In this document: positions 36,802 through 50,703 of the stretch, piece after piece | Position numbering within the stretch: the stretch's first letter is position 1 | Layout of the letters: each line of letters opens with the position of its first letter | Assembly: GCA_010405405.1 (NCBI GenBank) | Contig: MU004230.1 | Span: 2,204,627-2,268,626 of the forward strand | Reading direction: 5' to 3' | DNA: 64,000 bases | DNA from: Microthyrium microscopicum | Lineage: Eukaryota | Translations under genes and position numbers: made by a program | The notes under the pieces: generated by a model | Told to the model about the DNA's origin: nothing | The model's input: only the letters and a program-made list of their open reading frames with translations | Databases searched by the model: none

Positions 36802-39800
36802 ATGGCATCCCAGGTCCTACCCACGTTACCCAGCAAGATGGGAGGGTTTGTCTCGTACTTGGCTAAGAACCCAACTCGCCCCATGGTCCAGCTACTTGAG
36901 CCATACAAAGCATTTGAAGGCAAGCTCAGGGAGGTGTATGCTCAAGAGCCAGATAACCCACTTCTCAATGACCCACATATCAACACAGTGCCTCTTTTCG
37001 ATGGCCAAGAGAACGAGCTCAAAATTAGAGCTCGTGACATCGCCGAAGGAAATGAAATTGAGAAGAACAAGTACATCATGGCCCTTCCAGACAAAAAAAG
37101 AAAAGCCAACGGGTCCCCAGCCATTGTATCATCCCTACAGGAGTTTCAACAACACTTCAACATCTTTTCCGAGTCTTCTCTTTCTGATATGGACTGGAGC
37201 AATGTGGTTGCTGCTGGAAGTTCAGTTTTGACTTCTTTGATCCCTGTGCCTGAGGAACATTCAGGATCCAAGCGAGCACTTCGAAACTACTATCACGAAA
37301 TTGTGGCTCCAGCATCCGATGTTGATCTTTTCTTGTACGGACTCACGGAGGACGAAGCCAAGGAGAAAATCAAGAAGATCGAGCAGACGATCAAAGATTC
37401 TATCTTAGCGGAGACAACAACTGTTCGCACCAAGAATGCCATTACGATTGCTAGCCAGCATCCTGTTCGCCACGTTCAAATTGTTCTTCGAATTTACAAA
37501 TCTGTTTCTGAAATTCTTACTGGATTTGACGTCGATTGCAGCGGAATTGCTTATGACGGGAAGCAAGTTTACGCTACTCCTCGAGCTATTTCTGCTTTGA
37601 TCACCCAAGTCAATCATGTGGATTTGTCACGCCGTTCCCCATCATACGAGAATCGCCTGTCCAAATACTCACATCGTGGTTTCGAAGCTTACTGGTCCGA
37701 ACTTGACCGCACAAAGATCGACCCAACCATTTTTGAGCGATCATTTCCACGAACGTTTGGCTTGGCTCGTCTATTAGTTCTTGAAATGCTTCCCAAGGAT
37801 AGTGATCGTGTCAGCTACGAAGCCAAAAGACGAGCTGAACGAGGAAGACCCGCAAAGAATACTTGGACTGTTCGCGGAAAAGGTGGCAACTACAAAGATG
37901 ATCATGAGGACGAAGTTGCAGATTGGGCCGACGAAGACGACATCTCAAACTATCATAGCTTTACGATACCGTATGGTCCAAAGTTCCACGCTCGTAAAAT
38001 CGAGAAGCTATTCTACACCAAAGATCTTTTGTTGAATGCAGAGTGGAACACCAAAGAGCGCGAGTCCAAACTTCATCGCCATCCTGCATTTGTTGGAGAC
38101 GCTGAGTTCGTTTTTGGCGACTGTTGCGGCTTCTGTCCTGCCCCTGAGACGAAACAGGATAAATTGCTAGCTGAAGAAGAAGCTGGCATCTACATTTCTG
38201 GAGAAATGAAGTTCATCACCGACAATCCTGGTCGTCAAGCTATCGGGTCCTTCAATCCACTAACGAGCGACGATTGGACGGATATGGCCTACGTATCTGC
38301 AAATGGTCGAATGTGCCGAGCCGTCGTGGACCATGATTTGACAGAAGTTGAAAAATGCTTGCTTGAAGGAATCGATCCAAATCGCCGCGACTATACAGGT
38401 CGTACTTTGCTTCACCTCGCAGTGATGACTTCAACCGTCGACATCGTCAAATGCCTTCTCAAGCACGGAGCATATATCGTGCCACGCGTCTCGGATGGCC
38501 GTACAGCTTTGCATATGGCTGCCATCAGAGGTGATGCAGACATCATACATGCTCTTCACGAAAAGAACGAGGAAAACAAAAATGCTAGAGAATCCGCCAA
38601 AGCTGCAGAAGATGCAAAGGCTGAAAGCACTGAGCCAAAGAAAGAGACGGCCAAGAAGACATCTGCCGATTCGGAAGACTCTAATATGTCAGATTCCGAC
38701 GAAGCCGAAATTCTCGACCACTCTGACGCAGACTCAGTGGCAGACTCCGAAGCCTCTGCTGGGCTGGACACGAGCACCTTTCTAAAGGTGGAGACTGTTG
38801 ATCTCAAGAAAGCTAAAGCAAAGCCCGCGGAAGAGAGCGCTGAGCCTTCCAAAATTGAGCCGAAAGATGATATCCTAGACCCTATTATCCCGGCTTGGGA
38901 TACAGCATGCACTCCACATCATCTTGCCATCCTTTTTGGAAACTCCGAAGCCCTTGAGAAGCTCGTCAAAGAATTTGGCTCCGATCTCAATGTCCCAATC
39001 AAGCTATGGAACTCCTACAACAACGAACCAAGTGGGGCAATACTCAGCCTGGTTTTGGCATTGAGCTTACCTCCGGAGCAGGCTGAAGAGATTGTCAAGG
39101 TCATGATTAAGCTCGGTGCCAAATCCTCCCAGGCCAATATGGACGGGTCAACTGCTTTTCAGTATTTCGTAAACCACAGTGTCGAAATGCTGGAGCTTCT
39201 GATGAAGTATGACATGAAGCACGCAAAACCAGCACTTAACTGGATTTCATTCACGGATTCTAATGCCTGGAGTCCAAAGTATAGCACGCCACTCCGTACT
39301 GCTATCGAAAACCGAGATGGTGAAGCAACTAAACGCCTTCTTGATCTTGGCGCTGACTACGAGGTCAATTTTGAAGAATGGCAGGTAGCAGTGCAACGTC
39401 AATTCAAGGACGAGAATCTTATGATGGACAAAGACAAGTTCTGTAGTAATACAGAGCAGCCCGTCATGGTTGCGGCGAGTCAAGAATGTCCGGACATTGT
39501 ACGCCTCCTGATCGAAGCTGGTGCGGATGTCAACACGTCAAATACTGCGGGTCAGCAAGTCCTGCTCGGGGCCTCAACATACATCAGCGGCAACGCAGAA
39601 ACACTGCTTGACGTGGTGCAAAGCAAAATACAACAGCTCCAGAGTGCTCACGAGCTCCGCGATTCGGAACAGCCTGAGCACGCGATGGAGGACTATGACT
39701 CTCTGATGAATGAGTTTGAGCCTGGGACCTACAAGCATTGGGCTGCGTCTCGATACGTAAAATTGCAGAAGGATACCTGGCAGGCATTTCTGGACAGATA

Positions 39801-42207
39801 CAAACAGCAACAAGAACAAAAAACGGGAAATAATGCTCTTCAAAACAAGGTCAAAGCAATCAACGATTTGATCGCACAACTCAAATCTCTGGAAAAGTAC
39901 ATCACAGACAAAGGTGGAAAGAGCTTTGCAGAGCTTCATCTCGACCTCAAAGATCCCAACGGTGCCTCTGTCAACGCTACCTCTAACTATCAAAAAATGG
40001 TTCAAGCCGCACAACGAAATCATGCGGCTCAGAACCGGCAGAATCAAGCATCTAGAGCTGTGTTCAATTTCCATGCTCCGGACATGACTGATGCTAAACG
40101 TGGAGAATACGTCGAACTCATGGAAGCAGCTTGGGAAGGAAATTTGTGCAAGGTCAAAGAAATGACGACGATTCCGCGTGGTGAGAAGGGCGATCAACCG
40201 CCTTTGACTATCACAGCGACTGATAATGAGGGTCTTGGTGCATTTCATTATGCATTCCTGCGAAAACACGTTGATGTTGCCTTTGCGATGCTAGACATTG
40301 CCCAAGCTCAATATGTCCCTCGTGACAGCAAGCGATCTTTTGTCATCGCTCCTGAGAATGATGGGGAAGACAGTGAGTGTGACAGCGATGGTTCTGATCA
40401 AAGCTCAGATGGCCTTAATCTCTACGAGCGTCTGCCTGCATCAATGCGCAATCAGTTCACAATCGAAGACATCACTCAGATATCAACTCTTGTCAAATCA
40501 GAAACTTCACCAATAGCATTTCTTAGACGACACATTTGGGTCGAAGCTTTCAAGCAAGTCATGGGTATGGAAGACGACAGCCAAAAGTCAGCGATCACCC
40601 TGGATGAGTACGCTATACTGAAGGACGACATGGATCTTTTCAACAAACTGCGAGAAGTAGAGGCGAAATTCGACAAGATCCAGGCAGAAATGTTACCAGA
40701 CAAGTCTGCAGACTACAAGTATCACTTCAGCTCAACTTTGTTCGATTATGCCCTGCGTTTAGGTCGTCTGAGATTTGTGGCCGATTCTATGAAGCGTTTC
40801 GGCGCTGGGATCCCATTGAAGCATCTGATCAAGACTAGCGGCATTGAAGTTCAAGAAAAGCCAAAGTATTACCAAGGACTGTCAATCCGTGGAAAGAAGA
40901 ACCAGGAATGGGCCAAAGGATATCGACAGAATTGGATGACAAGCTCTATTGATGAGCGCCCTCCACTCATGAGAGCTTGCCATGATGGAGCACTCGATGC
41001 TGTTGAGTGGTTGCTCAGCGACGCTCCGATGAGAATGTATGAAGAGTTTGCAGCTCAAAATGGGGACGACGAGAGTGTCAAACTGCTGTCACAGGCACCA
41101 GGAGGGCTCAGAAAAGCCGTTCAGGATTGGCTCAACACTAGACGTGAGAATTTGACTCTGACGTTGCTAAGATATTCTTGCTAATCATGATTTATAGGTC
41201 AATTGGCCATTCACAGCGCCATGTTATGTGGAGACGTCGAGAAACGACAGAAGCTAATTTCCTATCTCATCAAGGCCGTTCCAGAGAGTTTGAACGGTAA
41301 AAGCAACGATGGCCGTACTCCACTCCATCTAGCCTTCGCTCGACGCGATACAGCCACGGCAAACCTTCTGATTGATGCAGGCGCCAGTATTGAGGCCAAG
41401 ATGGACAATGGAGACAACATTCTCCACTCGCTGCTTACCATATTCCGTTCGCCTCAGTCATGGAGTTCTCACCAGGCTCCACTCGATCATGCTAGCATCG
41501 ATAAGATGCTCGCTCTCCTTGACCCAGCTCTTGTCAAGAACCTTCTCCTCATGCGCAACACATATCCAGCTGGCGCACGAACACCACTCCAAAAATGGCT
41601 CGCTCTTGATCCATACACTTCAAAATCCCGATCATCCAAGAAACATTGCTGTGCTTCCGAGACCCTCCGCCTCATCCTCCGCTATTCGGACACAGAAGAT
41701 CTCGACCTCGTTGATGGTGCCGGGGATACCATAACCCACAAACTCGTCGCCTCCACGAAGCCACGCCTTCTCAGCATAATCTTCCAAGTTCGACCATCCG
41801 TCATCCAGCGAGAAAACGCCGTCGGTCGCACGCCCATGGAGGTCGCGCGCGACGCCTGGCTTGCTGAACAAGTACGGGAGCCACCAAAGGTTGGCCTGGG
41901 CAAATATCACTGGAATGTGCGAGCGCGCAATCAGAATGTGTTACAGAAACCGTTGGATTGGTTCAAGCATTCTCGCGAGGAGCCAGATATGAAGACAGTG
42001 GTATGGGAGATGTGTCGCGCGCAGTTCGAGAAGTGGACTGGGAAGAGACGATTGGTGTCGTTGGCAGAGGCGAATGAGGTGGCGAAGAGGCTGACTGGTT
42101 CAAAGAGCGATGAGGTTATTCTTGCGCGGACTGGCGATAGTGCTTCGGATGAGGTGAATCAGTGGTGGACTGAGCCTGCTCTTGGTGATTGTGATGATAA
42201 GGCATAG
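36802..42207 (+). CDS. Large ankyrin-repeat protein with an N-terminal nucleotidyltransferase-like domain (1783 aa, 2 exons)
   Basis: Intron 41144-41197 joins the 1460-aa and 334-aa ORFs in frame (5352 nt). Ankyrin motifs GRTLLHLA, GRTALHMA and GRTPLHLA. N-terminal AAGSSV...SDVDLFL...FDVDC...RLSKYSHRGF. Confidence 0.9.
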
Positions 42208-42584
42208 ATATACTGGGATCGCTTTAGGATGAGAAGAGTGATTGATGCTTGTTGGATTGACAGGGTAAATTGGTATGATAATAATCATTGGCTGTGCAAA
42301 AAGATATCGCACTGGCTTCAAATGTATTCTTTACTGTTCTGGTTATGAAAGTGTTGCAAGGGGTGTGTTATACCAGGAAGAGAGAGTAAAGAAGAGAATA
42401 GAGAAGGAATAACTGTGAAAAAAATAAGGAAAAGAACAATTTGATAAGCCGACAGTACTTCGTATACCACCAATTGAATCCAAATGGGTATAAAGCTGCC
42501 TCCCGCCCAAAACGCCAGACGCATATCCGTTGCCTATAAAACACCTTGCGTTAAAACAGACCTAAATACCGGGCAAAATAACCT

Positions 42585-43318
42585 TTAGAAACCGTCCTGG
42601 GGCGACTGCTTCCTATCAACAACAGCAAAGACTCTCTCGTCGAGAAGCTGCTCGCCCAGGAAGACGTCCGTATCAACGGCATTGGGATCGACTTCAGCCC
42701 AACAAGCCACGAGAGAGTAACCAAGACTAAGCGTCTCGACCATTCCCATCTCCGCTTGATAACGCGACGGGTAGCGGATGAATTGATAGACTGGATCGCC
42801 AGGGACATGAAACCCAATCTTGACGTCCTGGAGCATGGCCTTTCTGATAATTACGTGCATCGCATTGTCGGGTAGACCTAGAACTCGACCTGCTAAGGTG
42901 GGCCCGCTGTTGACCTGAGGCCGGATGGGCGGCTGAATCTTGCCACTGCCGACCCCGTTGCCCTCGAGGTCACTCCAGCGCTCGGGCACGCCTCGTTCTC
43001 GCAGACGCTTGAAGATTTGAAGTTGGTTTAGAACGCCATCGTTGGGAAAGAAGGTGTACACGATGTGGGAGGACCCTGCGAACATGACTCGGTGGTTTCC
43101 AACAGCATCCCAAATCTGCCAGTTGGTCAGAGGTGGAATAGGGTCGAGATATGTGTCGATGTACTGGTCGCTAGTGTCCTGTGTTGGGAACAACTCCGGT
43201 GGTATTGCCGAGCCTAGGGAGACTGACTGATGTAAGGCGTTAGTTTAAGCTCTCCTGATTCTCAAAACATACGCACATTTTGAGCATGAGAGCTCGCAAG
43301 TGTTGACTGGACTGGCAT
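42585..43318 (-). CDS. Hypothetical protein, 2 exons
   Basis: ATG at 43318 (MPVQSTLASSHAQNV); a GTATGT...CTAAC...CAG intron joins it in frame to the 202-aa ORF. No known motif recognised. Confidence 0.6.
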
Positions 43319-43873
43319 GGTTGTCTGGTTCTCCTTTGACACACTTGTTAATACAGTGTTGTATGGAGCCATATGTAGTCGGCCCATGCTTGTAATGGAG
43401 CTAATCGAACGACACGAACTACTCAACGTCGACGGGAGGAAGTGGCTATGAAATAGGCCGAGTTCAAGGCCATGTTGCTAATACTAGAAGTTTAAAACCG
43501 TCCCAGCTTCAAGCTAAGCCTTGTCGGAGAGAACCTTCCGCTCCCGATGCATTGAATCCGCATGAATTTCTAGTCATTAGACCTTGTCTGAGCGAATCAA
43601 TGTCGTAAAAATCATGGCAGAACACTGAAGCTAGAGGCGCTAGAAAGCACAATGGCCTTGTTGTCTCACTCAGTCAGTTCATCAGTTGCGGCCGGCGAGA
43701 TCCGTGCCGTAGAGGTAAAGTGGGTGGGTTGTCCGACCAATTGCAAGCTCAATGGCTGTTGCACGAAATGCACGATGGCATTACTATCACGATTTTCCAG
43801 TTTTGGAGTGTCGCCAATGTCACATTCTTCATCCATTAGCAGCGTTCTCTGCGGAGGGTGGCCTCAGCTACGC

Positions 43874-43911
43874 CAATACAATCTGCAATACAATCTGCAA
43901 TACAATCTGCA
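43874..43911. repeat. 12-bp tandem repeat (CAATACAATCTG) x3
   Basis: Three exact adjacent copies. Confidence 0.9.
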
Positions 43912-44584
43912 GTTGCCTCGCCTGGGCCGCAGTGCGAACCTTTTGACGCAGTTGACGCGGGAGAGTTCACTCAGGCGTGGCGGCGTAGTTCATGGCACAA
44001 AAGTGGACGTGAGATGCAGCTTGCTTGTTACGGCTCGCTGAGCGTGGAGACCAAGCCTCGCCAGTAGCAGATTGTCAAGTGCTTGCAAAGAGACACGTCA
44101 GGATTGCCTGTAAGAAGCGATAACTCGATTAATGCGCAGGCCTGCAATTAGATTCGATTTGGCCAATGAACTGTTCGCGCGCGCTTGGGAAGGTTGGGAA
44201 GTGAGACATAGAAGTTGGAACTGGGCCGTTTACGAACGCATTGAAAAAGGTGTTGTTTCTCTTCCTACCAAGCGGCTAGACATCAAGCGGCGAGGAGGAT
44301 GTTTTCTCACTTGGCTCCGTATGTGCGAAGGTGGAGAAGCAGTTAGGTTGTTGCCGTCTTTGTCTTCAGATTGGAGGTTGGAAGAATCACGATCTAATCT
44401 AATCAATGTAGGATAAACTAAGAACAAAATGGGTAAAGCGTAGGACAGACAGAACAAACCATATGACTAAGCGTTGCCAAGGCCACACCACGCTGCAACG
44501 AATTCGTTTGACCCTCTCCAGAGTCCACACCATCTCAACAACTCTGGTCACCACTCCAACAATACCACATATCCCTCCTTCAAA

Positions 44585-45120
44585 ATGACCAAGAGAACCA
44601 AGAGTATGTATCTGAACCTTTGCGCCCTCTCCAGAAAAATACTAATGCTGTTACAGAGGTCGGTGTGACCGGTAAATACGGTACTCGGTATGCCGCCCTC
44701 AATCCTCCCAATTCGCGCCCAATCGCAATCCTAATCCTTCAATCACAGTTATGGTGCCTCCCTCCGAAAGCAAGTTAAGAAGATGGAAATCTCACAGCAC
44801 GCCAAATACAGTAAGGACTGACGCTTGGAATTGACATTGGACAAGGGATCTGACTGGTAAACAGCATGCTCTTTCTGCGGAAAGACCACCGTGAAGCGTC
44901 ACTCTGTCGGAATCTGGACCTGCAAGGCCTGCAACAAGACCGTTGCTGGAGGAGCCTGGACTGTATCGTAAGTGCACAAGAGCGTCGCGAGGAAATGTCG
45001 GCCCTTGACGAAAACGTTTATAAGGAGTATCAGTACTAACTGCTGAACCTTACTAGAACTCCCGCTGCTGCTGCTATCCGATCAACACTTCGTCGTCTAC
45101 GAGAAATTGCGGAGGTCTAG
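44585..45120 (+). CDS. RPL43: 60S ribosomal protein eL43 (L43/L37a), 5 exons
   Basis: [60 protein letters not shown]...[27 protein letters not shown]. Confidence 0.98.
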
Positions 45121-46515
45121 GCATATCAAAAAGAGATGGTGGGATGGAGTTTTTGCTGCATTGTCTGGGTATGCTCATACACCAAGCCTGACGAATGGGA
45201 AATCGATTAGGTTCATTCAATACAATCTTGACTCGGAATACAGAGTCGAATCCATTCTCATTGCGCTCTTCGAGACCTGAACCATTAACGTTTGAACACT
45301 CGCGACTGATTTCGGCATCGGTACTACAATGAATAATAACAGCGGAGATCGATGTCTTTCTTGCTTGTCTGGAATCGTCAAGACTTGGACTATTTAACGT
45401 GTGTCGCCAAGTGATGGACTTGTCCGGTATGCTCTCACCAACGAGAAAATTGTGATTGTTCTCTTTTCATGTCTGCCTGAAACATACGCCTTGAATGGTG
45501 AACCGAGCACTTGTGAAGCAAAAGCGCCCTCGGTCGACTTGCAGCCGATGGGCCACACCAAGTGAATTACTCATGATTAAGCCGGCTACCACGCTCCAAC
45601 ACCTACGAGATATTTGAGACATCTGAATTCTGCGAATGAATAACACGGCCATCGAAAAATATGGCTTCAGTCAGTCAGCAAATTGCGAATAATGTGAGAC
45701 AGAGTTGTCACTCGGTGCTTGATCATCAGGCTGACGAATAGGGAAAGGTTGGAAGTGAAAGTAGCGGCTGACTCTTGAAACAGGCAAGCAAATTACTCCG
45801 TTCACCGATTGGTACTGTACCAAATAGGCAACAGGCTGTTTATAGGCAGAGTCAGTCGTCGATGCATTGGAGCAGATAAACGAATCAAGGCTTGAGCTCT
45901 GCCACTCTGGGCATCCATCACGTGGAAATAATGAATGGTCTGCTACCTGGACTCTGGAGTTGCCAGCACAGCACCAATTTCTAGTATGTGGCAGGCGGCA
46001 AATGAGATGTCTTCGATTTTGAACCTAAGCAGTGAGAGTTGCGCAACTTTAGCTTCCTAACCCGTTCTAGATGCTATCTTGTTGCATTGTTCAGCCACCT
46101 GCAAAGTATATTGCTTCGGATGACAGGAACACGAATTGGCTGGTGCATACATTGCTTGAAAAGCATTGAAGCGACATTAAGAAATTGCATACCGATTACC
46201 GGCCACTGCCAACAACTTGGTCAACATTAGCAGCAGCGGTTAAGAAAACGAAGTAAGAAAAGTCTCAACTGCTCACGGCGTTTGATACAGAGGGCAGGAC
46301 CAAGTTGACTCCTTGAATCCTTGACTCCATCTTCTAAGTGAAGGATAATGCTCCTAGCCCAAAGTAGCTTAGCCTACTGGCCAGACTATTTAACGTGCAC
46401 CTCCCCCCCATCCATCTCACGAACCTCCTCTGCTCCAAATTCCAATATCTACAGATTCCATGTTGTACTTTGGCCTCTACACCGCCTTCTTCAATCCTGC
46501 CAACACCCATAGCAA

Positions 46516-48490
46516 ATGGCCGACACTTGTATAGTCTGTCTGGCTGACCTACGACCTGCTCCAGACCCTCGTCAATCCACCGTCTCTTCCGACAATGGTA
46601 CTCTCTTGGCAGAACCCTCGGCCCTTGATGCTTCAACTAAAGCCATTTCTCGTCCTGCTACTCCTCCTAGCCTAGATGAGGACGAGTACATTGCACATCT
46701 TCTGCCATGTGGTCACAATCTTCATGATAGTTGTCTTCGCCCATGGGTGGAGCGTGCCAACAGTTGTCCGATATGTCGAACTATCTTCAATATGGTAGAA
46801 CTCCGTCACTATCTCGATGGTAAAATTTCACCCCTACTTCAATGCCTAATAATCACCTATGCTTACTTTCCTTTTATTAGGTCCGACTGTATCTTCATAT
46901 CCTGTTCAAGATAAAGCTCAGAAGGCCGATATTGAAGATCCCATCGAAATCGACGACGAGACGATTCCCCCATGCATGGTCTGCGAAACATTTGGCGATG
47001 ACAGTCTGCTGTTGCTATGTGATGGTTGCAATAACTCCTGTCATGTTTTCTGTGCCGGTTTGGATTCGGTCCCGGCTGGTGCTTACTTTTGCTACGACTG
47101 TGTGAACGATCCAGACATCTCTGCGACAGCTCGTTCTCCAGCTCGAACCCCAGTTCGTCGAATTGTTCACACCAGCCATGGCCGCCCTTCTCGATCTAAT
47201 CGGCCAGCCCGTCAAGCTCCTCGCGAACGAGTGGGAGATCGAGCCACGTGGGCCCGACTTTGGCGAAATGTACAATCGCGCACAGATATCGATCTCGAGT
47301 TTCCTTTCGAACAAGAAGAAGATCCAGCCGACCGAGCTAGAGTAGAGAATGAGCGGCGGGAGCTGATGGTTTGGCAGAGACGATTTCAAGTGGCTCAATT
47401 TAGCGCGGGCGTGGATGCCGCAAACCGAATTCGCCAAATTGCTTCAAATCGACAACCAACTCCTCCAGCTTCGGAAAGCCAGGACGAGATCAGAGCGTGG
47501 AACGCATTTGAGAAGGCCCGAATAATACTCGAATCTGACCAACCCCGTGGACGCCAAAAGAGAAAGTCTCGATCCCCTCCAACTGCCGATGAGCGCGCAG
47601 CAGAGCCTGAGCGCAAGAAAAAACGTCCTCGGACTTTGAAAGATCCAGATTGCGAGCCATCTTCAGACTCGAATCAACCTATCGCAGAATCCTCTTCTAC
47701 TGCGCAGCGCCGAAATCCACATCGCCATGCCCCAATTCCTGCGCCTCGTGCTATTAGAACTCGAATACACGCAAACGCTGGTCCTACCTTTTTACAATCT
47801 TTGCTGGAGGAAGTCGAAGCACAACCACTTCGAGTACAATCCGACGAAATGAATGATGATTCAAATGTCAACAGCGACTTTTATGCATCCGGAATGGAGC
47901 GATCAATTTCACCGGACGGGTCTATTGCTGCCTCAAATCCAGCCAGCCCACGCGCTATGACGCCTCCACTTCGACCAGTATCTCCAACTGGCCTAAGCAC
48001 GTACCTCGCTCCAGCATTCCCACCGGTTCCCGAGTTCTTAAACAAATCGACTGACAATGAAAATTCGGAACGTGCTCGTTCTCGACAACGCGGTCACCCT
48101 TCGTCGCGCTCTCAGTCATCCAGCCCAATCCGAAGACCAGAATCGCCTCTTGCGGTGGGATCCCCAACATCCAACCACTCGCCTTCTAAGGTCAGACCCA
48201 AGCCTACCCATAATTTGGGACTAAAAGCAAAGACCGACATACAAGCGCTTGTGAAAACTGCTCTGCGACCGCATTACCGCCATCATAGCATTACTGCGGA
48301 TCAGTTCACGGACATCAACAAAAGCATTTCGCGGAGCATGTACGAGCAGGTCGGCTCGGAAAAGAATCTAGAAGACACGGCTAAATGGGAGAAGGTTGCC
48401 GCTGATGAAGTTACTCGTGCGCTGGCTGGCCTCAAACCAAAGACAGAGACAGTAAAGGCGACGACGCTTCCCATTCGGGATGGTCTCTAA
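46516..48490 (+). CDS. RING-H2 + PHD finger protein with a C-terminal SRI-like domain (Asr1/PHRF1-like), 2 exons
   Basis: CIVC...[32 protein letters not shown]...[15 protein letters not shown]...YFCYDC; C-terminal VKTALRPHY...[11 protein letters not shown]; intron ~46820-46880. Confidence 0.88.
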
Positions 48491-48797
48491 CGCCTATGGA
48501 CATCATCTGCATTTGCATCTGTTTGCTTGGCGCTTGGTGCTTAACGATTTGATGGTGGATGAACATGTAACGTGTAGATACCCCTCATGCCAGCATTTTA
48601 AATGGCGGGCTTGGAGTTTTAGCGTTTTCGAGCGAGATTCACATCTAGATGCTTGAACCTTTGAATTTATATCTTATCATGTCATACTTATTCCAATCGA
48701 ATACTTTTTGAGATTTCTTTCATCATCTTTCAATCACACTCTGCGTCCATATCTGTCATATCGTTTTAATAATTTGAAGTCTAAGTGATTAATTAGG

Positions 48798-50116
48798 TTA
48801 TTCTAGTTTGTCCATCATCTCTTTCACGATACTCTGCAACCCGCGCAATCGAGTACTCCTGTTCTCACCAAGAAACAGCGATGCCACTGGCCAAGCATGG
48901 ATTGCACCGTCCTCTATGCATTGTACATCTTCACCAGCTGCCCTTAACAAGCTCACCAAGTCTCGCGCCTCGTCCGCCAGCACTTCCTCCGTGCCGTACG
49001 ATATAAACCATGCGCCCTGAAAGAACCAGCCCGTCCCCGTCTTCCCTGAAACACTCGCCTTCTCCTTTCCACTTTTACGAAATGAACAGTCCGTCCTCTC
49101 CAAAGCCTTCGGTCCCGCTTGCGCCCATCGCCCGGGATCTTTGCAGCGCGCTGGATTCGCTACATCGTCTGCATCTCCATCCGATCTACCCAAATACCAG
49201 CCAGCGTACATCTTCAGCGTCTCCGCATCAAGATAATCGCTCGCCGTATTGACGTTCTTCCCGCCCTCCAGCGCCACCCACGGACTAATCAGCGCAACGA
49301 AACCCGGCGGCTGCATAGCTCGCTTACGCGCTATATCCAGCAGCAAGCTCAGTACCAGTGCCGCACCTGCTGAGTCGCCAGACACACATATGCGTGCTGG
49401 CTGGCCGCCTGTGCGCAGCAGAGCGTACTTGTAGGCCGCGCTGAATTCTTGTACTTGGGTAGGGTACACGCCGTCAGGCGCAAGCGTGTATTCCACGGCG
49501 AGGATGGCGGGATTGGATATTCCGCGGGCGCGTAGGAGTGTGAGCCATGCGAGTAGAAATTCTGCGTAGAACCATGCGCTGCCCATGGCGAAACCGCCGC
49601 CGTGTGCGTATATAATGACTATATCTGGCTCCTTGTGTGGGTTGGGGCATATCCAGAGGCCATTGAAGTCTGGCCTTACGAGCTCCGTGATGGGCAGCGT
49701 CCTTGGATTATAGCCATGGCGGAGCAGACGGAAGTATAGAAAGGGCCTAGAGACGGCGCGGGAGAAGAAGGTCCGGCCGATGGATGAGGGGAGGTTTGCG
49801 AAGGCGTAGCGGACGTAGGAGATTACCAAGTCTTGGAATGCTGTTGCATGGCGCGTGAATGGTGGGCGCTTGTGGATAGGAAGGATGTAGCGGGTGTGGA
49901 GGAACTTGATGGGGATGGTTATGACGATGGCGGGAAGATTGAGGAGGACCCAGAAGATTGTTCTCAGAACACCGATTTGGAAGAGGAGTTGGGGAGTTAG
50001 GAGGAGGAGGAAGGCTAGGCAATCTGTGGAAGGTTAGTATCGTGATCGATGGGGTGGATGGAGTGGAGAAGGTAGAGTGAGTACGTACCCAAATAGGATA
50101 TCTGGGTCAAGATCAT
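48798..50116 (-). CDS. Alpha/beta hydrolase (HSL/Say1-like lipase-esterase) with an N-terminal membrane segment
   Basis: HGGGF oxyanion motif, GDSAG nucleophile, ISPW and IHAWP. First exon MILTQISYL is spliced to DCLAFLLLL... Confidence 0.88.
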
Positions 50117-50703
50117 GGCTCTATGAGCTGGTTTCATGGATGTGGGTGTACGAATGGAAGCATTGTCACAATGGAATAGAGTTTAGAGTTTGCTATCACT
50201 ATTACATTGTGATTGTATGGCTAAGTAATCGTCATTGAACCAGATACTGCGTTGGTGTTTGCTAAGCACAAGCAGTGATCAGATGAGCGAATGTAGCTGT
50301 ATAGGCTCAAGCAGGGTCAAGATCGCATGGCATAGGAAGAGTAGGGGCAGAGAACACAAAAGAAATAGGAATGAGTATTGTTTAAGGAGTTTATATTGTA
50401 ATCAAGGGAAATCAAGAGATGGATTTCAAAAAGAAGAGAGAGAACTTGAGAAGATCCCCGCGTAAAGCTTGGACCAGGTTGAGCACACGCGCTCCTTTGC
50501 ACGTCCCAACGTCTTCTTCCATTTGGAAAAGTCACCTCCATCTATCTCCCTTCTCCCTTCATCCTTCATCCACCACTCCCTTCATTATTGCCAGCTTTGT
50601 GCTCTTGTATTCTCTTGTCGTTGCTCTTGTGTCTTTGGCGCTCTGTCGCATGTTCCTTGCGCCATGACCTGCACCACATTCTAATTCCACATCATCAATC
50701 CCG

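Noticed and set aside
39574..40269. Long antisense ORFs (also 3278-3811, 13434-14042, 51999-52658, 56160-56786)
   Set aside because: They are shadow or alternative frames of well-supported genes.
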